This document shows positions 53,771 through 64,000 of a DNA stretch of 64,000 nt, piece by piece (the stretch's first letter is position 1; every line of letters begins with the position of its first letter). A program made the translations under genes and the position numbers. The stretch is taken from the NCBI GenBank assembly GCA_942490695.1, contig CALNXU010000006.1:36092-100091 (forward strand), written 5' to 3'. Origin of the DNA: Merismopediaceae cyanobacterium. GTDB lineage: Bacteria > Cyanobacteriota > Cyanobacteriia > Cyanobacteriales > Microcystaceae. Below the pieces are notes generated by a model, which was not told the DNA's origin, searched no databases, and saw only the letters and a list, made by a program, of their open reading frames with translations.

Positions 53771-55476
53771 GTAAAGGTTCACTTCCCCCCTCTTGCTGAG
53801 TGGTTTGAAGTAGCAACAAACACTAACAATTCTCAATAAATTTTGAGATTTGTTGCGTCCCTAATGAGTTAAGTTAACGAAGCAAAGAGTCAGGCAAGAA
53901 AATGTCTCGTCTAAGCAAAGCTGATTTAGAACAAATGGGAGAAGACTACTTTTGTAGCCTGGATAAAAAGGCATTAGTGGAAGTAGCGAAGAATCTTTAT
54001 GAGTTGGCAGTGGAGCAATTCGAGAAATTAGATGAGACCTCAAGAACAAGTTCAAGACCCCCTTCTTCAGATAGCCCTTATGAAAAAGGGAAGCCAGAGG
54101 GAATTGTCCCATCAGAGGAAACTGAAGTGAAAAAGAGTGTAGAAGTAGAGGAAGCCACAGAGCAGACTTCAGAAAATCCGGAAAAATCGTCTACCGCAGG
54201 CAAAGGCTCTGAAAAGCGAAAAGCAGGAAAGCAACCAGGGGCCAAAGGGAAATGGAGAAGCAAGCCGCTGAAGGCAGAGCGAACCATCACTCATTATCCA
54301 GAGCAGTGTGCCGCCTGTAATGGAAAAAAATGGCTCCCCGACCGAAAGCCATATCTAGGGTACTATCAGTTCGAGCTATTGATGGGGGAAGGAGAATTAA
54401 AGATTGAGTGCCAGATGCACCATTACTATGGAGCAACCTGTGATTGTGGGCATCATACCCAGGCAAAACCAGGTCAGGGGGAGATTTCAGAAGTGAATAC
54501 TCGCAAAACTCAACTCCGATTGCAAGAGCAAGTCTTGGTGGGACCCCAGTTGGCGACCTTCATTGCGAGTTTATCGGTTCGTTACCGCCTTTCCCGCGTC
54601 AAAATTCAGGAATTTTTATGGGATTGGTGTGGTCTGGATTTAGGCATTGGCACCATTGACCGCAGTATCCGAGAAGCGGGATTTGCCTGCGCTCCCGTAG
54701 TAGAGACCTTATTAGAAGAACTGCAAAAAGCAGATATTCTGCATATAGATGAAACTCCGTGGTATGAATCTGGTCACTTCTGCTGGTTATGGGTTCTTCT
54801 GAGTTCTACCAGTGTAGTTTTCATGATTGGACAGCGTACTAAAGAAGCGTTTCTACAACTTGTCAGCAGTGCATTTGTGGGTTGGCTCATTAGTGATGGT
54901 TATAGAGCTTATCGTAGCCATCCCCAGCGGCAACGCTGTTTGGCTCATTTGATTCGCAAGGCATTAGTCTTAGCCCAGGCGGTGGATGCTGAAGCGCAAC
55001 AGTTAGGGCAATGGTTGTTGGACGAAATGCGTGAATTGATTCATACCATCGCCACCACCCATCAAGATGACCCAGAAGAGCCGATTACCTGGCGCTTGCA
55101 TCTACTTGCCCTCATTGGGGCGGGCAGTGAACATCCTAGACTCAAAGCTTTGGCTCGGGAGCTCCTGAATGATTGGGATGCGGTGGTTGCCTTTGTCTTT
55201 AATCCCCACCTTCCCGTCACTAATAATGAGGCTGAACGGGCGTTGCGCCATGCAGTGATTACCCGACGTATTTCTCATGGCACCCGCTCTCGTGAAGGGT
55301 CTAAGGCTTATGCCGCTCTACTGAGTGTCATTGAGACTTGCCGCTTGCGTGACCTGAAGCCTTGGACATTCATGGCTGAAGTTATTCGGCAAAGACGCAA
55401 AGGTTTACCTGCTCCCTCAATGCCTTTGACCTAGGCTACATAGTTTTTCTCAACAGGGGGGGGAATGAATGGTTAC
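53771..55476 (+). mobile_element. IS66-family element, single-ORF (ISBst12-like) type
   Basis: Left end GTAAAGGTTCACTTCCCCCC and reverse-complemented right end GTAACCATTCATTCCCCCCC. Confidence 0.88.
53902..55434 (+). CDS. IS66 transposase TnpC
   Basis: TSSRPPSSD, CxxC, HIDET, SDGY, QRCLAHLIR, TNNEAERALR. Confidence 0.93.
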   Translation: MSRLSKADLEQMGEDYFCSLDKKALVEVAKNLYELAVEQFEKLDETSRTSSRPPSSDSPYEKGKPEGIVPSEETEVKKSVEVEEATEQTSENPEKSSTAGKGSEKRKAGKQPGAKGKWRSKPLKAERTITHYPEQCAACNGKKWLPDRKPYLGYYQFELLMGEGELKIECQMHHYYGATCDCGHHTQAKPGQGEISEVNTRKTQLRLQEQVLVGPQLATFIASLSVRYRLSRVKIQEFLWDWCGLDLGIGTIDRSIREAGFACAPVVETLLEELQKADILHIDETPWYESGHFCWLWVLLSSTSVVFMIGQRTKEAFLQLVSSAFVGWLISDGYRAYRSHPQRQRCLAHLIRKALVLAQAVDAEAQQLGQWLLDEMRELIHTIATTHQDDPEEPITWRLHLLALIGAGSEHPRLKALARELLNDWDAVVAFVFNPHLPVTNNEAERALRHAVITRRISHGTRSREGSKAYAALLSVIETCRLRDLKPWTFMAEVIRQRRKGLPAPSMPLT

Positions 55477-55477
55477 G

Positions 55478-55639
55478 ATTAAAGCACAAATGACTGGAAT
55501 TGATTGGCGTAATATTTCTGGTTTTAGAAACATTTTAGTTCATGATTATCTTGATGGCATTAATTTGGAAACAGTTTGGGAGGTTGTCAAAAAATATCTA
55601 CCAGATTTAGAAAAAGCGATTAAAGATTTTAGGGAATAA
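55478..55639 (+). pseudogene. C-terminal half of a HEPN/DUF86 toxin truncated by IS66
   Basis: IKAQMTGIDWRNISGFRNILVHDYLDGINLETVWEVVKKYLPDLEKAIKDFRE* with R-X4-H motif RNILVH. Confidence 0.78.
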
Positions 55640-55968
55640 TTCTATTTATTACACCAGAAACTTCACCATATAACTAAACCAATCGGTATAAAACGTTAGG
55701 ATTTAAGGGCGGGCAATGCTTGTCCTTTTTTAAGTGAAACTGTCAAATTTTCATAACCAGAAACTTTATCAACCATAAAAACCATCTCCATTGAGCTTCC
55801 TACAACCGTTTTTTCTGCCCTGAGACAAGCCCCTAAGGATTTGGAGATTGGGGGTATTGGCCATAGGCAGCCATGAATCTTTGGTGGGATGCGCCGACAT
55901 TTTTGACAAAGGAGGCTGCATCATACCGAGATGACTGGGCGGCTAATCTAAATAAACTCCACAAACCA

Positions 55969-58425
55969 TTAGGGCTGGCTTAAGCTGTGCCAATGGCGTA
56001 GGAAGTGACGACCAAAAACGGGCGTTTTCGCGTCAAAGATTTTGTATAACCCTAATTTGGCCGCATCAATAATGAGGAACCAGGCAATGGCATAAACCCA
56101 ACTGGCGATCGCCAAATTGAAATCGATTTTTTCGATAAAGATACCACCCAGGGCCATGACGGTGGAGAAAAGGGCAGCCGAACCCGTCGCAATCATCAGG
56201 AGTTTTCCCGGCTTCATAGACCAGAACGGCCCTTCCACCCGTGTCGCATAGATGGTCAACATACCGCCGATCGCCAGGTTGAGATACACCAGGGTTTGAA
56301 TGGTGTCTTGATTCCACTGGGCGTATTGACTCGCGTAAACGTATAGCAAGAAGGTTTCCAAAACGCAGATTAACCCCAAACCAGAAGCCACGCCTAGGGT
56401 GCGGAACATATTCCAGTTTTGCGGTTCCTGGGCCGTTTTGGTGCGGTCAAACGCAATACTGATTAATGCACCATCGTTTAACAGTGCCAACACCACAATC
56501 ATGACGGCGGTTAGGGGATAGGAGTTAAAAAATAGGATTGCCAGGGTGGTGAATACCAAGACCCGAATCGTTTCGATGACCCGATAGATGACGTAACTGC
56601 TCATGCGTGCAAAAATTTGACGACTCAGGCGAATAGCATCAATAATCACGGAAAGACCTGGAGACAGTAGCACAATATCCGCTGCCGCTCGGGCCGCATC
56701 CGTCGCTCCCGACACCGCAATCCCCACATCCGCCTTCTTCAACGCCGGTGCATCATTCACCCCATCTCCGGTCATCCCGACCAGATGGCCATGTTTTTCA
56801 AACACATCGACAATATGATATTTGTCTTCAGGAAAAACTTGCCCAAAGCCATCCGCCTGAAGAATTTCTTCATCTAAATGGGACAACTGACTTGCGGGGA
56901 CACTGCGTAATTCCGCCGCATCGACAATATCACGACCCAGGCCCAACTGACGACAGGTTTCCCGGGCAATCAATACCTGATCCCCAGTGACCATTTTGAC
57001 CGGGACGCCCAATTTTGCCGCTTCTTCGATGGTGCTTTTGGAATCAACACGGGGCGGGTCAAACAAGGAAACAATGCCCATGAACTGCCAATCTCCCTGG
57101 GCATCGGTTTTGGCGACCCCCAAGGCACGGTACCCCCGCTTGGCATAGTTGGCGATCGCCTCATTCACGGTGGCTTTAATTTGTGCTTGATTGTTTGCCA
57201 GATCCAAGATGACTTGGGGGGCTCCTTTCGACACCTTGAAGGATTGACCCTGGGAACCGGAAACAGTGGCTTCGGTACGTTTATCAACAGGATTAAACGG
57301 CGTAAAATGGGTCACCGTGTAGCGTTCGAGTTGGCTGGCATCGTTTAAGCCATGAACCACCGTTACATCAATGGGGTCTTCCGTGTCGGCTTGGGACGCT
57401 AAGGCGGCAGCCAACGTCATCTCGTCCGCATCAATGCCGTCTAGGGTATAGGGGTCTCCTAAGGAAAGTTTATTTTGGGTCAACGTCCCGGTTTTATCAG
57501 AACAGAGCATATCCAAGCCCGCCAGTTCTTCAATGGAGGACAAACGGGTAACCACGGCATCCTTTGTGGCTAACTTCTGTGCCCCCACCGCCATGCTAAT
57601 GGACAGAATGGTGGGCATTGCCACTGGAACTGAGGCCACGGTTAACACTAAACAGAACTTCAGTAAATCCAGGAAACTATCACCACCGTGTAAGCGCACC
57701 ACTAAAATGACACACACCAAGGCGATCGCCGCCACAATGAGAAAATCCCCAATTTTAAGCACTGCTTTCTGGAAGTGGCTAGTGCTTTCTGTTTCTGCGA
57801 CTAATTTGGCTGTTTTCCCAAAAAAAGTATTAGCTCCCGTGGCATTCACCAAGGCTTCCCCTTGCCCTTGTTTGAGGATGGAACCGGAATAAACTTGGTC
57901 TCCTTTTTGATGGGACACCGGCAGGGATTCCCCGGTTAGGGCCGCCTGGTCGATCTTGATCGCTTCGCAATCTAACATTACGGCATCAGCCGGGAGGACA
58001 TCTCCAATTTTTAGGCGGATAATATCCCCCGGAACCAATTCCCTTGCCGGAACCGACTGCCATTGTCCATCCCGTTTGGCAGTGGCATTAAGGGCCAGCT
58101 GAGCTTTAAGGGCGGCAACGGCATCTCCTGCTGACTTCTCTTCAAAATAGCCAATCAAACTATTTCCCACTAACAAAAACAGGATAATGCCAAAATCTTT
58201 CCAATCCTTTACCAACGCCGACAAAATCACTGCCGCCTCAATCATCCAGGGAATGGGGCCCCAAAAATAGGACAGAAATTTTTGCAGTGAGCTAACTTTT
58301 TTTTCCGCTAATTCGTTGTAACCGGATTGTGTCAGCCGCGTTTGTACGTCCCCTTGGCTTAAGCCCGTTTCACTGGTTTGTAATTGTTGAAATAAATCAG
58401 GAATCGAATTAGTGGCTTCTGGCAT
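55969..58425 (-). CDS. Plasma-membrane proton-efflux P-type ATPase (P3A)
   Basis: FWGPIPWMIE, TGES, VPVAMP, CSDKTGTLT, KGAPQ, MTGDGVNDAPALKKA, ALLND. Confidence 0.92.
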   Translation of the reverse strand: MPEATNSIPDLFQQLQTSETGLSQGDVQTRLTQSGYNELAEKKVSSLQKFLSYFWGPIPWMIEAAVILSALVKDWKDFGIILFLLVGNSLIGYFEEKSAGDAVAALKAQLALNATAKRDGQWQSVPARELVPGDIIRLKIGDVLPADAVMLDCEAIKIDQAALTGESLPVSHQKGDQVYSGSILKQGQGEALVNATGANTFFGKTAKLVAETESTSHFQKAVLKIGDFLIVAAIALVCVILVVRLHGGDSFLDLLKFCLVLTVASVPVAMPTILSISMAVGAQKLATKDAVVTRLSSIEELAGLDMLCSDKTGTLTQNKLSLGDPYTLDGIDADEMTLAAALASQADTEDPIDVTVVHGLNDASQLERYTVTHFTPFNPVDKRTEATVSGSQGQSFKVSKGAPQVILDLANNQAQIKATVNEAIANYAKRGYRALGVAKTDAQGDWQFMGIVSLFDPPRVDSKSTIEEAAKLGVPVKMVTGDQVLIARETCRQLGLGRDIVDAAELRSVPASQLSHLDEEILQADGFGQVFPEDKYHIVDVFEKHGHLVGMTGDGVNDAPALKKADVGIAVSGATDAARAAADIVLLSPGLSVIIDAIRLSRQIFARMSSYVIYRVIETIRVLVFTTLAILFFNSYPLTAVMIVVLALLNDGALISIAFDRTKTAQEPQNWNMFRTLGVASGLGLICVLETFLLYVYASQYAQWNQDTIQTLVYLNLAIGGMLTIYATRVEGPFWSMKPGKLLMIATGSAALFSTVMALGGIFIEKIDFNLAIASWVYAIAWFLIIDAAKLGLYKIFDAKTPVFGRHFLRHWHSLSQP

Positions 58426-58683
58426 GGTTAATTGGGATAGTTAGTGCTGAGCGGCAAGAACCTTAGCGGGCGATGGGAAGGATATTATAGTCGCACAAAC
58501 TACATCCATCATGAAAAGCCCAGAGTTTTTGACGCAGGCCGCTATCCTCCAGGTCGAAATCTCAAACATTCTGGAAACATAAAGGACGGGGTGATTTCGC
58601 CCAAAGCCACTTTAATTGCAATCTATTTTCACCAACTCCCTTGACAGCCAGATCAGACATTATCTCCACGGTTTCACAACTAA

Positions 58684-59079
58684 TTAACCCGAAATAAAAA
58701 TCGTGTCTCCTTCTACCTGAGTCGGATAGGTGCCCAAACTGCGGGGAGCCGGGCCACTGAGCTTTTTCCCGGAGCTTGCATATTTAGCACCATGGCAGGG
58801 ACAAACAAACTGACTTTGCCCTTTCTGCCATTTCACTGTGCAACCACTGTGGGTACAGGTGGGATTAACAGCACTGACACCTGTTTCCGTCGCCACTAAT
58901 ACTACGGGGCCGGCTTTAGTCTTTTTGCTCAAGGAACCGGCCTTCTTTAAATCCGATAATTTCCCGATTTGGATGCGCCCTCCTTGGGCAGTCCCAGATT
59001 CACCTCCAAAGCAACCAGTCACAATGGCGATCGCCCCGGAGACGAATGACCATTTAAACAATTGACGACGATTAACCAT
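58684..59079 (-). CDS. Small Rieske 2Fe-2S lipoprotein (PetC3-like)
   Basis: Tat motif NRRQLF, lipobox VTGC, CTHSGC and CPCHG. Confidence 0.85.
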   Translation of the reverse strand: MVNRRQLFKWSFVSGAIAIVTGCFGGESGTAQGGRIQIGKLSDLKKAGSLSKKTKAGPVVLVATETGVSAVNPTCTHSGCTVKWQKGQSQFVCPCHGAKYASSGKKLSGPAPRSLGTYPTQVEGDTIFISG

Positions 59080-59137
59080 AATGGCGTGAGTTCCTTGATG
59101 AAATGAATGTTAGCTTTCCAGAGAGACCCAACTGAGT

Positions 59138-60280
59138 CTATGACTTGTTGGCCCGCATTGACTGAACAAATTGTTCAAACAAGTAATCGGCATCGTGGGG
59201 ACCAGGACTCGCTTCAGGATGATATTGTACCGAGAAAAATGGCAAGTTTTTATGACGTAGGCCCGCCACCGTTTTGTCATTGAGGTTGAAATGAGTAATC
59301 TCCACATCCTTTGCTAATGACCCTTCGGTAACTGCAAATCCATGATTTTGGCTGGTAATTTCCACCTGTTGCCGTAATCCACAGGGTTGATTTAAGCCGC
59401 GATGCCCGAACTTGAGCTTAAAGGTTTCCGCTCCTAACGAGAGTCCCAAAATTTGATGCCCCATACAAATACCAAACATGGGTTTTTGGGCTTCTAGCAA
59501 AGCTTTGGTGACCACAATCCCTTCCTGTACGGCAGAAGGATCGCCTGGGCCATTGGACAGAAAAATACCGTCGGGTTCATATCCCAAAATAGTTTCAGGG
59601 GAGGTATTTGCCGGAACCACAATCACCTTACAGCCATAACTAGCTAACCGCCGTAAAATATTTCGCTTCACGCCAAAATCGATCGCCACAACGGTCAATG
59701 GGGGTTGTTCCGCCTGGGCATCCACTGGGCCAAATTGCCAATGTTCTGGAGTGGTTTCTGTCCACTCATAAACTTGGCTGGTGCTAACTTCTTTAACTAA
59801 GTTTAATCCCGCCATGCTGGGGGCAGCTTTAATATAATTCAGCAGCTTTTCCGGATCAAGGATTTCCGTCGAAATCCCCCCATTCATCGCCCCCACGGAG
59901 CGCAATTTACGGGTTAGGGCACGGGTATCTACGCCATAAATTCCAATAATATTGTGCTCAATAAGATAATCCGGAAGGGATTGGGTTGACCGCCAATTGC
60001 TGGGACGTAATGTAATGTTGCGGGCGACAACCCCTTTCACATGGGGATTTACCGATTCTTCATCCTCAGGGTTGACCCCCGTGTTACCCAACTCTGGGTA
60101 GGTGAAAGTAACAATTTGTCCACAGTAACTGGGGTCAGTCATTACTTCCTGATAGCCCGTCATGCCAGTGTTAAAGACCACTTCCCCTGTGGTTGTACCG
60201 GTCGCACCAAAAGACCATCCACAGAATGCAGTGCCATCGGCCAGTACCAAAAGGGCGGGTTTCGCTGTCGCAATAGGCAT
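59138..60280 (-). CDS. carA: Carbamoyl-phosphate synthase small subunit
   Basis: [40 protein letters not shown]. Confidence 0.97.
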   Translation of the reverse strand: MPIATAKPALLVLADGTAFCGWSFGATGTTTGEVVFNTGMTGYQEVMTDPSYCGQIVTFTYPELGNTGVNPEDEESVNPHVKGVVARNITLRPSNWRSTQSLPDYLIEHNIIGIYGVDTRALTRKLRSVGAMNGGISTEILDPEKLLNYIKAAPSMAGLNLVKEVSTSQVYEWTETTPEHWQFGPVDAQAEQPPLTVVAIDFGVKRNILRRLASYGCKVIVVPANTSPETILGYEPDGIFLSNGPGDPSAVQEGIVVTKALLEAQKPMFGICMGHQILGLSLGAETFKLKFGHRGLNQPCGLRQQVEITSQNHGFAVTEGSLAKDVEITHFNLNDKTVAGLRHKNLPFFSVQYHPEASPGPHDADYLFEQFVQSMRANKS

Positions 60281-60505
60281 AGTGATATATTGCAGATTAG
60301 CTGAAATAATAGGAATATTGCTGGGGTTATCCCTTGGTGATAAAGAGAAAGTCTAGCGCTGTTCGCTGGCGTTGAGGAAGATTTGTGACTTCTTACGACA
60401 GTGTTGCCTTGTTTCCGTGTTATCGGGCAGCATTCACAGAATCTTAACAGATTAGCCCCAGCCCTCCATTTCCGTTTTGTCAAGTTGTCCTGATGGTTAC
60501 TGCCC

Positions 60506-61609
60506 ATGTGTCCCGCCAAGCTGAGCGTTACTGAAAAACAAACCCTGGTGGATCTCTATCGTCAGACCCCGGCAACAACATCTACTTTGGCAGAAAAATT
60601 CGGGGTCAGTAGCTCCACCATTAGCCGACTGTTAAAAGCCGCGATGCCCAAAGCGGAATATGACGGGCTAGTGCAACAAAAACGGGGAAAACGACCCAAG
60701 GACGGTGATAGCCAGTTAGCGTTACCCCTCCCCGATGCTTCTCCTAATACGGCGATCGCCCCTCCTATTCTCAAGTCGAAAAATTCGGCGATCGATACAC
60801 CAAAAAATCCTAACAGTACTGAATTAATCACAGAGACTGACTCCGAACCAGCCGCATCTTCCTCCCGCACCCGTAAACGCAGTCGCACAAGAACAACCGG
60901 CTCCGATGAGAGTAAATCCCAGGATCTCAAAAAGGATCCATCCAAAAGGGATGCGCCATCCCCAGTGGTGGATGAAAGTCTCAATGAACCGGATACAGAA
61001 GCAGATTCTCATATAGATACAGCCCCATCCCAAACTGAACTTCTTTCGGTTTCAGCAGAAGAGGCAGCAGAGATTGATGAGCGTTCAACAACTTCCTCGG
61101 TTACTCAGAATGATGAGATTGAGGCGGCTGTAACGATGGCCCTCTACCCCAGTGATCTGGATGAAATTGTCAAGGACTTGGATGATGACTTGGACTTGCT
61201 AGATGATGAAGACGAAGATGAAGATATCGATGATGAGGATGAGGACGAAGACGACGAAGATGACACCGAAGAGATAGAAGAAGCAATCCCTTCCTTCGTA
61301 CTGCAAGTTCGACCCTTTGCCGAAGCAGAACTCCCTAAAAACTGTTATCTGGTTATTGATAAGATGGCGGAGTTGATTGTATTGCCACTCAAGGCATTTG
61401 CCCCGTCCGATACCATACCCGAAACAGAAGTTCAGGAAAAAACCCTACCGATTTTTGATAATCATCGGGTAGCCAAGCGGTTTTCCCACCGCAACCAGCG
61501 AGTCATCAAGGTTCCTGACTCCAACATTTTTTATAAGACCATCGGGGCACTGAAAGCCAAAGGCATTACCCGAATTTTTCTCGATGGCAGTGTGTTTTCT
61601 TTGTACTGA
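60506..61609 (+). CDS. Conserved cyanobacterial protein with N-terminal HTH, acidic linker and conserved C-terminal domain
   Basis: LAEKFGVSSSTISRLLK HTH; Asp/Glu tract; LPIFDNHRVAKRFS..KGITR. Confidence 0.8.
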   Translation: MCPAKLSVTEKQTLVDLYRQTPATTSTLAEKFGVSSSTISRLLKAAMPKAEYDGLVQQKRGKRPKDGDSQLALPLPDASPNTAIAPPILKSKNSAIDTPKNPNSTELITETDSEPAASSSRTRKRSRTRTTGSDESKSQDLKKDPSKRDAPSPVVDESLNEPDTEADSHIDTAPSQTELLSVSAEEAAEIDERSTTSSVTQNDEIEAAVTMALYPSDLDEIVKDLDDDLDLLDDEDEDEDIDDEDEDEDDEDDTEEIEEAIPSFVLQVRPFAEAELPKNCYLVIDKMAELIVLPLKAFAPSDTIPETEVQEKTLPIFDNHRVAKRFSHRNQRVIKVPDSNIFYKTIGALKAKGITRIFLDGSVFSLY

Positions 61610-61834
61610 TGGACAATGGCACAACCACAGTTCCTCGCAGACGAATAGCCATAGCATTCAAGATCACTCCCACCGTTTTTCTCCGTAGTCCTTCAGTAGA
61701 AGCTTGCTAGCAGCAGCAGCATTGCCGCAATCCTTCGGTTTGGGAACTGAACCAAAAAATCACTACGGTTCCCCCCTTTACATAAGAAGAGCGAGGGAAG
61801 ATGAACGCGGGTTGCGCCCCACTGAGCATCGAGA

Positions 61835-64000
61835 TTAATTGGACTTGGGTAAGCGTGACATCAGTTGTTGCACATCCGGGTCATAGATACGCATATAGTT
61901 CCAATAGTTACCAAACACGGTTTCCACATAACCTTTGGTTTCCCGGAAAGGAATTTGTTCAACAAACTCATCTGGATCATCATTATCAAACGTTTCCAGC
62001 CACTTCGATACATTTCCGGGCCCAGCATTGTAGCTAGCTACCGCTAAAGCCGAATTGTTGTTATAGGTCTGGTGGGTATGGTCAAAGTACCAGGTTCCCA
62101 TATTGATATTGTCTTCAGGGTCGGTCAAGGCATAGTCTGTTAAATCAATTTGAGGGGCAATCCATTCGGCGGTACTGGGCATCACCTGCATTAACCCTGT
62201 AGCACCGGCGGAGGATTTAATATTTTTTTCAAAGCGAGATTCTTGACGAATTAATGCCGTCACTAAAAAAGGGTTGAGTTGGCGTTTTTGAGACCAGCTA
62301 AAAATCTTCTCCTGGTAAGGAAAGGGAAATAGCGCTTGCCAATAGTCGGGCCGTTGCCGCAATGCTTGCCATTCCTGCTTTGCCTCTGGGGTGTCAAGAT
62401 TGCGGAGATTCAACACCTGATTAATCCCCTGCAAATATTCTCTTTGCGCTAATTTCAGCAGTCCTTGAGTAAAGCCTTCGTTGACGGTGAGTTCAGTCCT
62501 TTCTCCGCTGTCGGTGCTGCTTTGGGTTTCCGCTGTGAATAACTCGATAGCTGCCGTATCTTCTCCAAGGCGATATAGCTCCTTAAACGTATTACTGCCC
62601 GCGGGCGGAATGGGTCGTTCTGTCGGCAACGTCACTGGGGGATTGAGGAAACGGACACTGTTGAAGTCTCCGACCTGCCACCCTAGCAAGACGGCAGATC
62701 GCCAGGCGTAATAGGACTGGGGATAACGAGCAAGGACATTTTCAAATGCCGCGTTGGCATCATTCTTGCGCCCTAGTTTTTGAGCCCATTTTCCAATCCA
62801 AAAAACAGCCTTCGGTGCCACCCCACTGTCCGGATTTTGACTGGCGATATCCCGCGCCCATTGCCAAGCATCAGAATACTGCCCATTTTTTGCAAACTCT
62901 TTTGCTTGTCGCCAGCGGTAGTTAGCCGCCTCATCGGAGTTGGAATGCGCTTTCAACAGCGTCTGCCATGCCTGTTGGGCCGCCGCCGCATCAAATTTAG
63001 CCAGCAATTCAGCCTGTTGGTTAATGGCTATAGCCGCTTGGTCTGGAAAATCTTTGGCCAAGCGTTTCGCATATTCCACCCCTTCAGCAGGGGGAACCAG
63101 AGAAGCAAGACGCTTTAATGCTGTGGCGGTTTCGGTTGCATCAGGATAGGTCTGAATTAGTTGTTGATAATTTTTTTGGGCCGCCGCTTTTTGGTCGCTT
63201 AACTGTTGAGCACGGGCCAGACGATACAAATTCTGAGGCGATCGGGGGGCTTTTGAGTAAGGCGTAACGGCCTGTTTAAATTGACGCCGATACCAATTAT
63301 TATCGCCAATGGCTTGCCAGTCTTCGGGGGTTAATTGATCGGTATGATTTTCCAGCAGAGCATCAATGATTTTGGCCGTTCTGCCATCGGTGGGATGATT
63401 CTGTAGGATTTGCTGTTGAATGACCAACGAATCTGGCTCAACATCTAGCTGCTGGTGCAAAATTTCCAAAGTCTGTGGATGCTTCGGATAGTCGGCGATC
63501 GCCTGCTGCCAATACTGTTGGTCGATGGTACCGAGCTTAGCCAGGGCCTTGACGACGGTGGGGGAATCGGGATAATCCGTTAGAATTTGTTGCCAGACCG
63601 CTTCTGCTTGTTCATTATCATTCGCTAACTGGTATCCCCGCCCCCGACTCAGCAGAATGTAGGAACCCATCACTGGGTAATCCACTTCTAAATTTTCCAA
63701 AATCTGTACCGCAGGGCCGCCTTCATATGCCGCCAATAAATCCTGCGCTAGTAGGTAACGGGCCCGATTTCGGTCTAAAGCAGTACTAGAGCCTGCGGCG
63801 ATCGTCTGGAGTTGTTCTTTGCGGTCTGCAGGGGGGACTAATGCCAGTTTTAAAACTTTAGAGTCTTCATATTGCTGTTTTTCATAAGCATCAATCTGAG
63901 CTTGTTGTTGCCACTTGGTTCCCACTTCTATGAGTTTCGGTAAAGATAACAAACCACCTCCGATTAACAAGGCTGCCAGCCCCACAAATAGCCACTTTCG
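61835..64000 (-). CDS. slt: Soluble lytic transglycosylase with TPR repeats (5' end probably beyond window)
   Basis: IRQESRF, GLMQVMPST, ASYNAGPG, IPFRETKGYV. Confidence 0.92.
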   Translation of the reverse strand, partial: RKWLFVGLAALLIGGGLLSLPKLIEVGTKWQQQAQIDAYEKQQYEDSKVLKLALVPPADRKEQLQTIAAGSSTALDRNRARYLLAQDLLAAYEGGPAVQILENLEVDYPVMGSYILLSRGRGYQLANDNEQAEAVWQQILTDYPDSPTVVKALAKLGTIDQQYWQQAIADYPKHPQTLEILHQQLDVEPDSLVIQQQILQNHPTDGRTAKIIDALLENHTDQLTPEDWQAIGDNNWYRRQFKQAVTPYSKAPRSPQNLYRLARAQQLSDQKAAAQKNYQQLIQTYPDATETATALKRLASLVPPAEGVEYAKRLAKDFPDQAAIAINQQAELLAKFDAAAAQQAWQTLLKAHSNSDEAANYRWRQAKEFAKNGQYSDAWQWARDIASQNPDSGVAPKAVFWIGKWAQKLGRKNDANAAFENVLARYPQSYYAWRSAVLLGWQVGDFNSVRFLNPPVTLPTERPIPPAGSNTFKELYRLGEDTAAIELFTAETQSSTDSGERTELTVNEGFTQGLLKLAQREYLQGINQVLNLRNLDTPEAKQEWQALRQRPDYWQALFPFPYQEKIFSWSQKRQLNPFLVTALIRQESRFEKNIKSSAGATGLMQVMPSTAEWIAPQIDLTDYALTDPEDNINMGTWYFDHTHQTYNNNSALAVASYNAGPGNVSKWLETFDNDDPDEFVEQIPFRETKGYVETVFGNYWNYMRIYDPDVQQLMSRLPKSN

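Noticed and set aside
53693-55486. GATTAAAGCA on both sides of IS66
   Set aside because: The left copy is about 70 bp from the IS end, so it is not a target-site duplication; probably chance
61180-61285. GAT/GAA-rich low-complexity tract
   Set aside because: Encodes the acidic linker of the HTH protein; not a separate repeat element
1-64000. Many GCGATCGC octamers, including the extended palindrome AGCTGGCGATCGCCAGCT at 16759-16776
   Set aside because: Ordinary cyanobacterial HIP1; not a CRISPR array or novel repeat

Overview
Chromosomal window of a unicellular beta-cyanobacterium close to Synechocystis: form IB rbcL-rbcX-rbcS, abundant HIP1 (GCGATCGC) octamers and scattered housekeeping genes (phoH, lpxD, dusB, sppA, hisA, tsaE, aspC, gltA, larC, purS/purQ, clpB, carA, slt). 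Accessory content includes: a cobalamin riboswitch in front of a CbtB-like peptide and an uncharacterised two-domain membrane protein; a vanadium-dependent haloperoxidase with an overlapping small membrane ORF; an ABC/AAA ATPase plus DUF4276/TOPRIM-like pair between a 20-bp direct repeat in a decayed type I R-M hsdR locus; an orphan BREX brxA; a P3A-type H+-ATPase; and a nest of two MITEs, IS630 and IS66 that truncates a secreted-protein gene and a HEPN gene. Several conserved genes (menC, DUF3038, aldo/keto reductase, hisA, purQ) carry frameshifts or stops, mostly in homopolymers. Together with a noisy brxA duplication, this suggests an incompletely polished long-read assembly. I found no rRNA, tRNA or CRISPR array by eye. 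All family assignments come from motif recognition and recall, not database searches.
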